Positions 15,001 through 26,412 of a stretch of 64,000 bases of DNA are shown in pieces (position 1 is the first letter of the stretch; the number at the start of each line of letters is the position of its first letter). Source of the DNA: Auanema rhodensis (taxonomy: Eukaryota; Animalia; Nematoda); the NCBI GenBank assembly GCA_964057225.1, contig OZ059894.1, positions 1,922,001-1,986,000 of the forward strand. Reading direction: 5' to 3'. Below the pieces are notes generated by a model. That model ran no database searches and was not told the DNA's origin. It saw nothing but the letters and a program-made list of their open reading frames with translations. The position numbers and the translations under genes were made by a program.

Positions 15001-18000
15001 ATTTTTAAGCTAGCGCAAATCTGATAACACAGATCGACGCAGCTTGAAAATCCGCATCGAATGCACTATACTACTTTGAGAAACGCTTAATACAAAAATT
15101 AGTTATGATCGTTTGAAAAATGATGCATTAGTGTATGTTGAGTTTCCATGTACACTCAACATTGCTTCCAAAAAAATTTTGACAAAAATTTTTTCGAAAA
15201 ATTTCAAATTAATTTAGCAGAAAGTATATGTTTTTAGATTTCTTTTTTCAAGGCAAAGACGATGGACAATGTTATTCAACGAAAAAATTAATTCTTCAGG
15301 GTGAAAATCGAGGATATAAGTGTGAACTTATCTCAGTTGATATCTCGGTGTATTTTTAAGCTAGCGCAAATCTGATAACACAGATCGACGCAGCTTGAAA
15401 ATCCGCATCGAATGCACTATACTACTTTGAGAAACGCTTAATACAAAAATTAGTTATGATCGTTTGAAAAATGATGCATTAGTGTATGTTGAGTTTCCAT
15501 GTACACTCAACATTGCTTCCAAAAACATTTTGACAAAAATTTTTTCGAAAAATTTCAAATTAATTTAGCAGAAAGTATATGTTTTTAGATTCCTTTTTTC
15601 AAGGCAAAGACGATGGACAATGTTATTCAACGAAAAAATTAATTCTTCAGGGTGAAAATCGAGGATATAAGTGTGAATTTATATCAGTTGATATCTCGGT
15701 GCATTTTTAAGCTAGCGCAAATCTGATAACACAGATCGACGCAGCTTAAAAATCCGCATCGAATGCACTATACTACATTGAGGAACGCTTAATACAAAAA
15801 TTAGTTATGATCGTTTGAAAAATGATGCATTAGTGTATGTTGAGTTTCCATGTACACTCAACATAGCTTCCAAAAACATTTTGACAAAAATTTTTTCGAA
15901 AAATTTCAGAATAATTTAGCAAAAAGTAGATGTTTTTAGATTTCTTTTCTCAAGGCAAAGACGATGGACAATGTTATTCAACGAAAAAATTAATTCTTCA
16001 GGGTGAAAATCGAGGATATAAGTGTGAACTTATATCAGTTGATATCTCGGTGCATTTTTAAGCTAGCGCAAATCTGATAACACAGATCGACGCAGCTTGA
16101 AAATCCGCATCGAATGCACTATACTACTTTGAGAAACGCTTAATACAAAAATCAGTTATGATCGTTTGAAAAATGATGCATTAGTGTATGTTGAGTTTCC
16201 ATGTACACTCAACATTGCTTCCAAAAACATTTTGACAAAAATTTTTTCGAAAAATTTCAAAATAATTTAGCAAAAAGTAGATGTTTTTAGATTCCTTTTT
16301 TCAAGGCGAAGACGATGGACATTGTTATTCAACGAAAAAATTAATTCTTCAGGGTGAAAATCGAGGATATAAGTGTGAACTTATATCAGTTGATATCTCG
16401 GTGCATTTTTAAGCTAGCGCAAATCTGATAACACAGATCGACGCAGCTTGAAAATCCGCATCGAATGCACTATACTACATTGAGAAACGCTTAATACAAA
16501 AATTAGTTATGATCGTTTGAAAAATGATGCATTAGTGTATGTTGAGTTTCCATGTACACTCAACATAGCTTCCAAAAACATTTTGACAAAAATTTTTTCG
16601 AAAAATTTCAAAATAATTTAGCAGAAAGTAGATGTTTTTAGATTCCTTTTTTTAAGGCAAAGACGATGGACAATGTTATTCAACGAAAAAATTAATTCTT
16701 CAGGGTGAAAATCGAGGATATAAGTGTGAACTTATATCAGTTGATATCTCGTTGCATTTTTAAGCTAGCGCAAATCTGATAACACAGATCGACGCAGCTT
16801 GAAAATACGCATCGAATGCACTATACTACTTTGAGAAACGCTTAATACAAAAATTAGTTATGATCGTTTGAAAAATGATGCATTAGTGTATGTTGAGTTT
16901 CCATGTACACTCAACATAGCTTCCAAAAACATTTTGACAAAAATTTTTTCGAAAAATTTCAGAATAATTTAGCAAAAAGTAGATGTTTTTAGATTTCTTT
17001 TCTCAAGGCAAAGACGATGGACAATGTTATTCAACGAAAAAATTAATTCTTCAGGGTGAAAATCGAGGATATAAGTGTGAACTTATATCAGTTGATATCT
17101 CGGTGCATTTTTAAGCTAGCGCAAATCTGATAACACAGATCGACGCAGCTTGAAAATCCGCATCGAATGCACTATACTACTTTGAGAAACGCTTAATACA
17201 AAAATTAGTTATGATCGTTTGAAAAATGATGCATTAGTGTATGTTGAGTTTCCATGTACACTCAACATTGCTTCCAAAAAAATTTTGACAAAAATTTTTT
17301 CGAAAAATTTCAAATTAATTTAGCAGAAAGTATATGTTTTTAGATTTCTTTTTTCAAGGCAAAGACGATGGACAATGTTATTCAACGAAAAAATTAATTC
17401 TTCAGGGTGAAAATCGAGGATATAAGTGTGAATTTATATCAGTTGATATCTCGGTGCATTTTTAAGCTAGCGCAAATCTGATAACACAGATCGACGCAGC
17501 TTGAAAATCCGCATTGAATGCACTATACTACATTGAGGAACGCTTAATACAAAAATTAGTTATGATCGTTTGAAAAATGATGCATTAGTGTATGTTGAGT
17601 TTCCATGTACACTCAACATAGCTTCCAAAAACATTTTGACAAAAATTTTTTCGAAAAATTTCAAAATAATTTAGCAGAAAGTAGATGTTTTTAGATTCCT
17701 TTTTTTAAGGCAAAGACGATGGACAATGTTATTCAACGAAAAAATTAATTCTTCAGGGTGAAAATCGAGGATATAAGTGTGAACTTATATCAGTTGATAT
17801 CTCGGTGCATTTTTAAGCTAGCGCAAATCTGATAACACAGATCGACGCAGCTTGAAAATCCGCATCGAATGCACTATACTACATTGAGAAACGCTTAATA
17901 CAAAAATTAGTTATGATCGTTTGAAAAATGATGCATTAGTGTATGTTGAGTTTCCATGTACACTCAACATAGCTTCCAAAAACATTTTGACAAAAATTTT

Positions 18001-21000
18001 TTCGAAAAATTTCAAAATAATTTAGCAGAAAGTAGATGTTTTTAGATTCCTTTTTTTAAGGCAAAGACGATGGACAATGTTATTCAACGAAAAAATTAAT
18101 TCTTCAGGGTGAAAATCGAGGATATAAGTGTGAACTTATATCAGTTGATATCTCGTTGCATTTTTAAGCTAGCGCAAATCTGATAACACAGATCGACGCA
18201 GCTTGAAAATACGCATCGAATGCACTATACTACTTTGAGAAACGCTTAATACAAAAATTAGTTATGATCGTTTGAAAAATGATGCATTAGTGTATGTTGA
18301 GTTTCCATGTACACTCAACATAGCTTCCAAAAACATTTTGACAAAAATTTTTTCGAAAAATTTCAGAATAATTTAGCAAAAAGTAGATGTTTTTAGATTT
18401 CTTTTCTCAAGGCAAAGACGATGGACAATGTTATTCAACGAAAAAATTAATTCTTCAGGGTGAAAATCGAGGATATAAGTGTGAACTTATATCAGTTGAT
18501 ATCTCGGTGCATTTTTAAGCTAGCGCAAATCTGATAACACAGATCGACGCAGCTTGAAAATCCGCATCGAATGCACTATACTACTTTGAGAAACGCTTAA
18601 TACAAAAATTAGTTATGATCGTTTGAAAAATGATGCATTAGTGTATGTTGAGTTTCCATGTACACTCAACATTGCTTCCAAAAAAATTTTGACAAAAATT
18701 TTTTCGAAAAATTTCAAATTAATTTAGCAGAAAGTATATGTTTTTAGATTTCTTTTTTCAAGGCAAAGACGATGGACAATGTTATTCAACGAAAAAATTA
18801 ATTCTTCAGGGTGAAAATCGAGGATATAAGTGTGAATTTATATCAGTTGATATCTCGGTGCATTTTTAAGCTAGCGCAAATCTGATAACACAGATCGACG
18901 CAGCTTGAAAATCCGCATTGAATGCACTATACTACATTGAGGAACGCTTAATACAAAAATTAGTTATGATCGTTTGAAAAATGATGCATTAGTGTATGTT
19001 GAGTTTCCATGTACACTCAACATAGCTTCCAAAAACATTTTGACAAAAATTTTTTCGGAAAATTTCAAAATAATTTAGCAGAAAGTAGATGTTTTTAGAT
19101 TCCTTTTTTTAAGGCAAAGACGATGGACAATGTTATTCAACGAAAAAATTAATTCTTCAGGGTGAAAATCGAGGATATAAGTGTGAACTTATATCAGTTG
19201 ATATCTCGGTGCATTTTTAAGCTAGCGCAAATCTGATAACACAGATCGACGCAGCTTGAAAATCCGCATCGAATGCACTATACTACTTTGAGAAACGCTT
19301 AATACAAAAATTAGTTATGATCGTTTGAAAAATGATGCATTAGTGTATGTTGAGTTTCCATGTACACTCAACATAGCTTCCAAAAACATTTTGACAAAAT
19401 TTTTTTCAAAAAATTTCAAAATAATTTAGCAGAAAGTAGATGTTTTTAGATTCCTTTTTTTAAGGCAAAGACGACGGACAATGTTATTCAACGAAAAAAT
19501 TAATTCTTCAGGGTGAAAATCGAGGATATAAGTGTGAACTTATATCAGTTGATATCTCGGTGCATTTTTAAGCTAGCGCAAATCTGATAACACAGATCGA
19601 CGCAGCTTGAAAATCCGCATCGAATGCACTATACTACTTTGAGAAACGCTTAATACAAAAATTAGTTATGATCGTTTGAAAAATGATGCATTAGTGTATG
19701 TTGAGTTTCCATGTACACTCAACATTGCTTCCAAAAACATTTTGACAAAAATTTTTTCGAAAAATTTCAAATTAATTTAGCAGAAAGTATATGTTTTTAG
19801 ATTCCTTTTTTCAAGGCAAAGACGATGGACAATGTTATTCAACGAAAAAATTAATTCTTCAGGGTGAAAATCGAGGATATAAGTGTGAATTTATATCAGT
19901 TGATATCTCGGTGCATTTTTAAGCTAGCGCAAATCTGATAACACAGATCGACGCAGCTTAAAAATCCGCATCGAATGCACTATACTACATTGAGGAACGC
20001 TTAATACAAAAATTAGTTATGATCGTTTGAAAAATGATGCATTAGTGTATGTTGAGTTTCCATGTACACTCAACATAGCTTCCAAAAACATTTTGACAAA
20101 AATTTTTTCGAAAAATTTCAGAATAATTTAGCAAAAAGTAGATGTTTTTAGATTTCTTTTCTCAAGGCAAAGACGATGGACAATGTTATTCAACGAAAAA
20201 ATTAATTCTTCAGGGTGAAAATCGAGGATATAAGTGTGAACTTATATCAGTTGATATCTCGGTGCATTTTTAAGCTAGCGCAAATCTGATAACACAGATC
20301 GACGCAGCTTGAAAATCCGCATCGAATGCACTATACTACTTTGAGTAACGCTTAATACAAAAATCAGTTATGATCGTTTGAAAAATGATGCATTAGTGTA
20401 TGTTGGGTTTCCATGTACACTCAACATTGCTTCCAAAAACATTTTGACAAAAATTTTTTCGAAAAATTTCAAAATAATTTAGCAAAAAGTAGATGTTTTT
20501 AGATTCCTTTTTTCAAGGCGAAGACGATGGACATTGTTATTCAACGAAAAAATTAATTCTTCAGGGTGAAAATCGAGGATATAAGTGTGAACTTATATCA
20601 GTTGATATCTCGGTGCATTTTTAAGCTAGCGCAAATCTGATAACACAGATCGACGCAGCTTGAAAATCCGCATCGAATGCACTATACTACATTGAGAAAC
20701 GCTTAATACAAAAATTAGTTATGATCGTTTGAAAAATGATGCATTAGTGTATGTTGAGTTTCCATGTACACTCAACATAGCTTCCAAAAACATTTTGACA
20801 AAAATTTTTTCGAAAAATTTCAAAATAATTTAGCAGAAAGTAGATGTTTTTAGATTCCTTTTTTTAAGGCAAAGACGATGGACAATGTTATTCAACGAAA
20901 AAATTAATTCTTCAGGGTGAAAATCGAGGATATAAGTGTGAACTTATATCAGTTGATATCTCGTTGCATTTTTAAGCTAGCGCAAATCTGATAACACAGA

Positions 21001-24000
21001 TCGACGCAGCTTGAAAATACGCATCGAATGCACTATACTACTTTGAGAAACGCTTAATACAAAAATTAGTTATGATCGTTTGAAAAATGATGCATTAGTG
21101 TATGTTGAGTTTCCATGTACACTCAACATAGCTTCCAAAAACATTTTGACAAAAATTTTTTCGAAAAATTTCAGAATAATTTAGCAAAAAGTAGATGTTT
21201 TTAGATTTCTTTTCTCAAGGCAAAGACGATGGACAATGTTATTCAACGAAAAAATTAATTCTTCAGGGTGAAAATCGAGGATATAAGTGTGAACTTATAT
21301 CAGTTGATATCTCGGTGCATTTTTAAGCTAGCGCAAATCTGATAACACAGATCGACGCAGCTTGAAAATCCGCATCGAATGCACTATACTACATTGAGAA
21401 ACGCTTAATACAAAAATTAGTTATGATCGTTTGAAAAATGATGCATTAGTGTATGTTGAGTTTCCATGTACACTCAACATAGCTTCCAAAAACATTTTGA
21501 CAAAAATTTTTTCGAAAAATTTCAAAATAATTTAGCAGAAAGTAGATGTTTTTAGATTCCTTTTTTTAAGGCAAAGACGATGGACAATGTTATTCAACGA
21601 AAAAATTAATTCTTCAGGGTGAAAATCGAGGATATAAGTGTGAACTTATATCAGTTGATATCTCGTTGCATTTTTAAGCTAGCGCAAATCTGATAACACA
21701 GATCGACGCAGCTTGAAAATACGCATCGAATGCACTATACTACTTTGAGAAACGCTTAATACAAAAATTAGTTATGATCGTTTGAAAAATGATGCATTAG
21801 TGTATGTTGAGTTTCCATGTACACTCAACATAGCTTCCAAAAACATTTTGACAAAAATTTTTTCGAAAAATTTCAGAATAATTTAGCAAAAAGTAGATGT
21901 TTTTAGATTTCTTTTCTCAAGGCAAAGACGATGGACAATGTTATTCAACGAAAAAATTAATTCTTCAGGGTGAAAATCGAGGATATAAGTGTGAACTTAT
22001 ATCAGTTGATATCTCGGTGCATTTTTAAGCTAGCGCAAATCTGATAACACAGATCGACGCAGCTTGAAAATCCGCATCGAATGCACTATACTACTTTGAG
22101 AAACGCTTAATACAAAAATTAGTTATGATCGTTTGAAAAATGATGCATTAGTGTATGTTGAGTTTCCATGTACACTCAACATTGCTTCCAAAAAAATTTT
22201 GACAAAAATTTTTTCGAAAAATTTCAAATTAATTTAGCAGAAAGTATATGTTTTTAGATTTCTTTTTTCAAGGCAAAGACGATGGACAATGTTATTCAAC
22301 GAAAAAATTAATTCTTCAGGGTGAAAATCGAGGATATAAGTGTGAATTTATATCAGTTGATATCTCGGTGCATTTTTAAGCTAGCGCAAATCTGATAACA
22401 CAGATCGACGCAGCTTGAAAATCCGCATTGAATGCACTATACTACATTGAGGAACGCTTAATACAAAAATTAGTTATGATCGTTTGAAAAATGATGCATT
22501 AGTGTATGTTGAGTTTCCATGTACACTCAACATAGCTTCCAAAAACATTTTGACAAAAATTTTTTCGAAAAATTTCAAAATAATTTAGCAGAAAGTAGAT
22601 GTTTTTAGATTCCTTCTTTTAAGGCAAAGACGATGGACAATGTTATTCAACGAAAAAATTAATTCTTCAGGGTGAAAATCGAGGATATAAGTGTGAATTT
22701 ATATCAGTTGATATCTCGGTGCATTTTTAAGCTAGCGCAAATCTGATAACACAGATCGACGCAGCTTGAAAATCCGCATCGAATGCACTATACTACTTTG
22801 AGAAACGCTTAATACAAAAATTAGTTATGATCGTTTGAAAAATGATGCATTAGTGTATGTTGAGTTTCCATGTACACTCAACATAGCTTCCAAAAACATT
22901 TTGACAAAATTTTTTTCAAAAAATTTCAAAATAATTTAGCAGAAAGTAGATGTTTTTAGATTCCTTTTTTTAAGGCAAAGACGACGGACAATGTTATTCA
23001 ACGAAAAAATTAATTCTTCAGGGTGAAAATCGAGGATATAAGTGTGAACTTATATCAGTTGATATCTCGGTGCATTTTTAAGCTAGCGCAAATCTGATAA
23101 CACAGATCGACGCAGCTTGAAAATCCGCATCGAATGCACTATACTACTTTGAGAAACGCTTAATACAAAAATTAGTTATGATCGTTTGAAAAATGATGCA
23201 TTAGTGTATGTTGAGTTTCCATGTACACTCAACATTGCTTCCAAAAACATTTTGACAAAAATTTTTTCGAAAAATTTCAAATTAATTTAGCAGGAAGTAT
23301 ATGTTTTTAGATTCCTTTTTTCAAGGCAAAGACGATGGACAATGTTATTCAACGAAAAAATTAATTCTTCAGGGTGAAAATCGAGGATATAAGTGTGAAT
23401 TTATATCAGTTGATATCTCGGTGCATTTTTAAGCTAGCGCAAATCTGATAACACAGATCGACGCAGCTTAAAAATCCGCATCGAATGCACTATACTACTT
23501 TGAGTAACGCTTAATACAAAAATCAGTTATGATCGTTTGAAAAATGATGCATTAGTGTATGTTGGGTTTCCATGTACACTCAACATTGCTTCCAAAAACA
23601 TTTTGACAAAAATTTTTTCGAAAAATTTCAAAATAATTTAGCAAAAAGTAGATGTTTTTAGATTCCTTTTTTCAAGGCGAAGACGATGGACATTGTTATT
23701 CAACGAAAAAATTAATTCTTCAGGGTGAAAATCGAGGATATAAGTGTGAACTTATATCAGTTGATATCTCGGTGCATTTTTAAGCTAGCGCAAATCTGAT
23801 AACACAGATCGACGCAGCTTGAAAATCCGCATCGAATGCACTATACTACATTGAGAAACGCTTAATACAAAAATTAGTTATGATCGTTTGAAAAATGATG
23901 CATTAGTGTATGTTGAGTTTCCATGTACACTCAACATAGCTTCCAAAAACATTTTGACAAAAATTTTTTCGAAAAATTTCAAAATAATTTAGCAGAAAGT

Positions 24001-25603
24001 AGATGTTTTTAGATTCCTTTTTTTAAGGCAAAGACGATGGACAATGTTATTCAACGAAAAAATTAATTCTTCAGGGTGAAAATCGAGGATATAAGTGTGA
24101 ACTTATATCAGTTGATATCTCGTTGCATTTTTAAGCTAGCGCAAATCTGATAACACAGATCGACGCAGCTTGAAAATACGCATCGAATGCACTATACTAC
24201 TTTGAGAAACGCTTAATACAAAAATTAGTTATGATCGTTTGAAAAATGATGCATTAGTGTATGTTGAGTTTCCATGTACACTCAACATAGCTTCCAAAAA
24301 CATTTTGACAAAAATTTTTTCGAAAAATTTCAGAATAATTTAGCAAAAAGTAGATGTTTTTAGATTTCTTTTCTCAAGGCAAAGACGATGGACAATGTTA
24401 TTCAACGAAAAAATTAATTCTTCAGGGTGAAAATCGAGGATATAAGTGTGAACTTATATCAGTTGATATCTCGGTGCATTTTTAAGCTAGCGCAAATCTG
24501 ATAACACAGATCGACGCAGCTTGAAAATCCGCATCGAATGCACTATACTACTTTGAGAAACGCTTAATACAAAAATTAGTTATGATCGTTTGAAAAATGA
24601 TGCATTAGTGTATGTTGAGTTTCCATGTACACTCAACATTGCTTCCAAAAAAATTTTGACAAAAATTTTTTCGAAAAATTTCAGAATAATTTAGCAAAAA
24701 GTAGATGTTTTTAGATTTCTTTTCTCAAGGCAAAGACGATGGACAATGTTATTCAACGAAAAAATTAATTCTTCAGGGTGAAAATCGAGGATATAAGTGT
24801 GAACTTATATCAGTTGATATCTCGGTGCATTTTTAAGCTAGCGCAAATCTGATAACACAGATCGACGCAGCTTGAAAATCCGCATCGAATGCACTATACT
24901 ACTTTGAGAAACGCTTAATACAAAAATTAGTTATGATCGTTTGAAAAATGATGCATTAGTGTATGTTGAGTTTCCATGTACACTCAACATTGCTTCCAAA
25001 AACATTTTGACAAAAATTTTTTCGAAAAATTTCAAAATAATTTAGCAAAAAGTAGATGTTTTTAGATTCCTTTTTTCAAGGCGAAGACGATGGACATTGT
25101 TATTCAACGAAAAAATTAATTCTTCAGGGTGAAAATCGAGGATATAAGTGTGAACTTATATCAGTTGATATCTCGGTGCATTTTTAAGCTAGCGCAAATC
25201 TGATAACACAGATCGACGCAGCTTGAAAATCCGCATCGAATGCACTATACTACATTGAGAAACGCTTAATACAAAAATTAATTATGATCGTTTGAAAAAT
25301 GATGCATTAGTGTATGTTGAGTTTCCATGTACACTCAACATAGCTTCCAAAAACATTTTGACAAAAATTTTTTCGAAAAATTTCAAAATAATTTAGCAGA
25401 AAGTAGATGTTTTTAGATTCCTTTTTTTAAGGCAAAGACGATGGACAATGTTATTCAACGAAAAAATTAATTCTTCAGGGTGAAAATCGAGGATATAAGT
25501 GTGAACTTATATCAGTTGATATCTCGTTGCATTTTTAAGCTAGCGCAAATCTGATAACACAGATCGACGCAGCTTGAAAATACGCATCGAATGCACTATA
25601 CTA
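1..25603. repeat. 351-bp tandem satellite array, left arm (~73 monomers, runs off the window start)
   Basis: AAAAATTAGTTATGATCG recurs at 1, 352, 7021, 14041, 21061 and 24571, all equal to 1+351n. Monomers differ only by a few recurrent substitutions. Confidence 0.99.
25599..25603 (+). repeat. Target-site duplication, left copy (TACTA)
   Basis: The satellite reads ...GCACTA-TACTA and then the element begins. TACTA is repeated at 33226-33230. Satellite phase shifts by 7627 = 7622 (element) + 5. Confidence 0.85.
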
Positions 25604-25981
25604 TGTCAAGAATATGGCTATAGATACTAAAATGAATAGTATAAATAAAGATAAATATATAATATAATTTATATAAAATATTAAGATAACAATTATTCAT
25701 GAAAAAATTAAATAAAATGAATAATTTGAATAAAATGACCCATTGATAAAACAATCCATAGTAATCGCGCTCCATTTAGAGATTGTTGGTAAACAGTGAA
25801 CTGTTGATAATCAACTACCGTAATCTGATTAAAACAATATTTAGTTGTTTTTTGTCCTAAAATTATTGTGATAAGGAATTTTTTTATATTTTTTTCAGTT
25901 TGGAATTTTCTCTTGAATTTTTTTGTATTTTTTTTTGTTTTTTTAAATAAATCTTTCTCTTTTTATTTTTCGTTCTTTGAT
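25604..25981 (+). repeat. 5' LTR (378 bp)
   Basis: TGTCAAGAATATGGC...CGTTCTTTGAT, repeated at 32848-33225 (offset 7244). Ends are ambiguous by 1 nt on each side. Confidence 0.96.
25892..25898 (+). promoter_or_regulatory. Candidate nematode-type 3' splice / trans-splice acceptor TTTTCAG in the LTR
   Basis: Exact TTTTCAG consensus preceded by a T-rich tract. Usage is not demonstrated. Confidence 0.3.
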
Positions 25982-25982
25982 T

Positions 25983-25997
25983 TGGGGGCCGAACCGG
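25983..25997 (+). promoter_or_regulatory. Primer-binding site, tRNA-Pro
   Basis: TGGGGGCCGAACCGG lies immediately 3' of the 5' LTR. TGG pairs with the tRNA CCA end. TGGGGGC is the typical Pro PBS start (MLV: TGGGGGCTCGTCCGG), and the rest matches the 3' end of C. elegans-type tRNA-Pro (...CCGGTTCGGCCC-CCA) as I recall it. Confidence 0.9.
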
Positions 25998-26412
25998 TCT
26001 TCACTATTTTATTGTTTGGGTTGAGCTAATTGCTCATATAACCCTGTTTGAAAGCTCGAATAGAGTTTGGTGAAAAAGTCACTGCTACCTGAATAGGGTT
26101 CTGTTTGTATTCATTCAATTTTGTTTGGTATTTGCCGAATAAAAGTGAAGTTTACAGAACAATTATCATTTGACAGTGTTGGTAACAACAGTGTCTCTTG
26201 GTTTATTGTTGTACGGTTGTTTTTGGTTGAAGTGTTTTCTTTTAAACACTTTTTCTGATTTCTTCCGCTGTGAACTACATTCAGAACTTGGGTAGTAGTA
26301 ACTAATATCAAGTAAATTCAATTTTCTTGATATAAGTGCTTGTTTGATTCTTTCAAATAGCAATAAATTAGTAGAGGAAACTTCTAGTAATTTTTTTTCA
26401 TTGATAGGTGAA

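Noticed and set aside
25842-25858. Third LTR-satellite match (TAGTTGTTTTT vs monomer ~132-142)
   Set aside because: It is out of order relative to the other patches, T-run dominated and exact only for a minor variant. It shows how easily chance matches arise in this composition.
26040-26100. Hammerhead ribozyme in the leader three-way junction
   Set aside because: The CUGANGA core is absent on both strands.
26344-26412. TTG start given by the ORF track
   Set aside because: For a eukaryotic element the first in-frame ATG at 26413 is more plausible.
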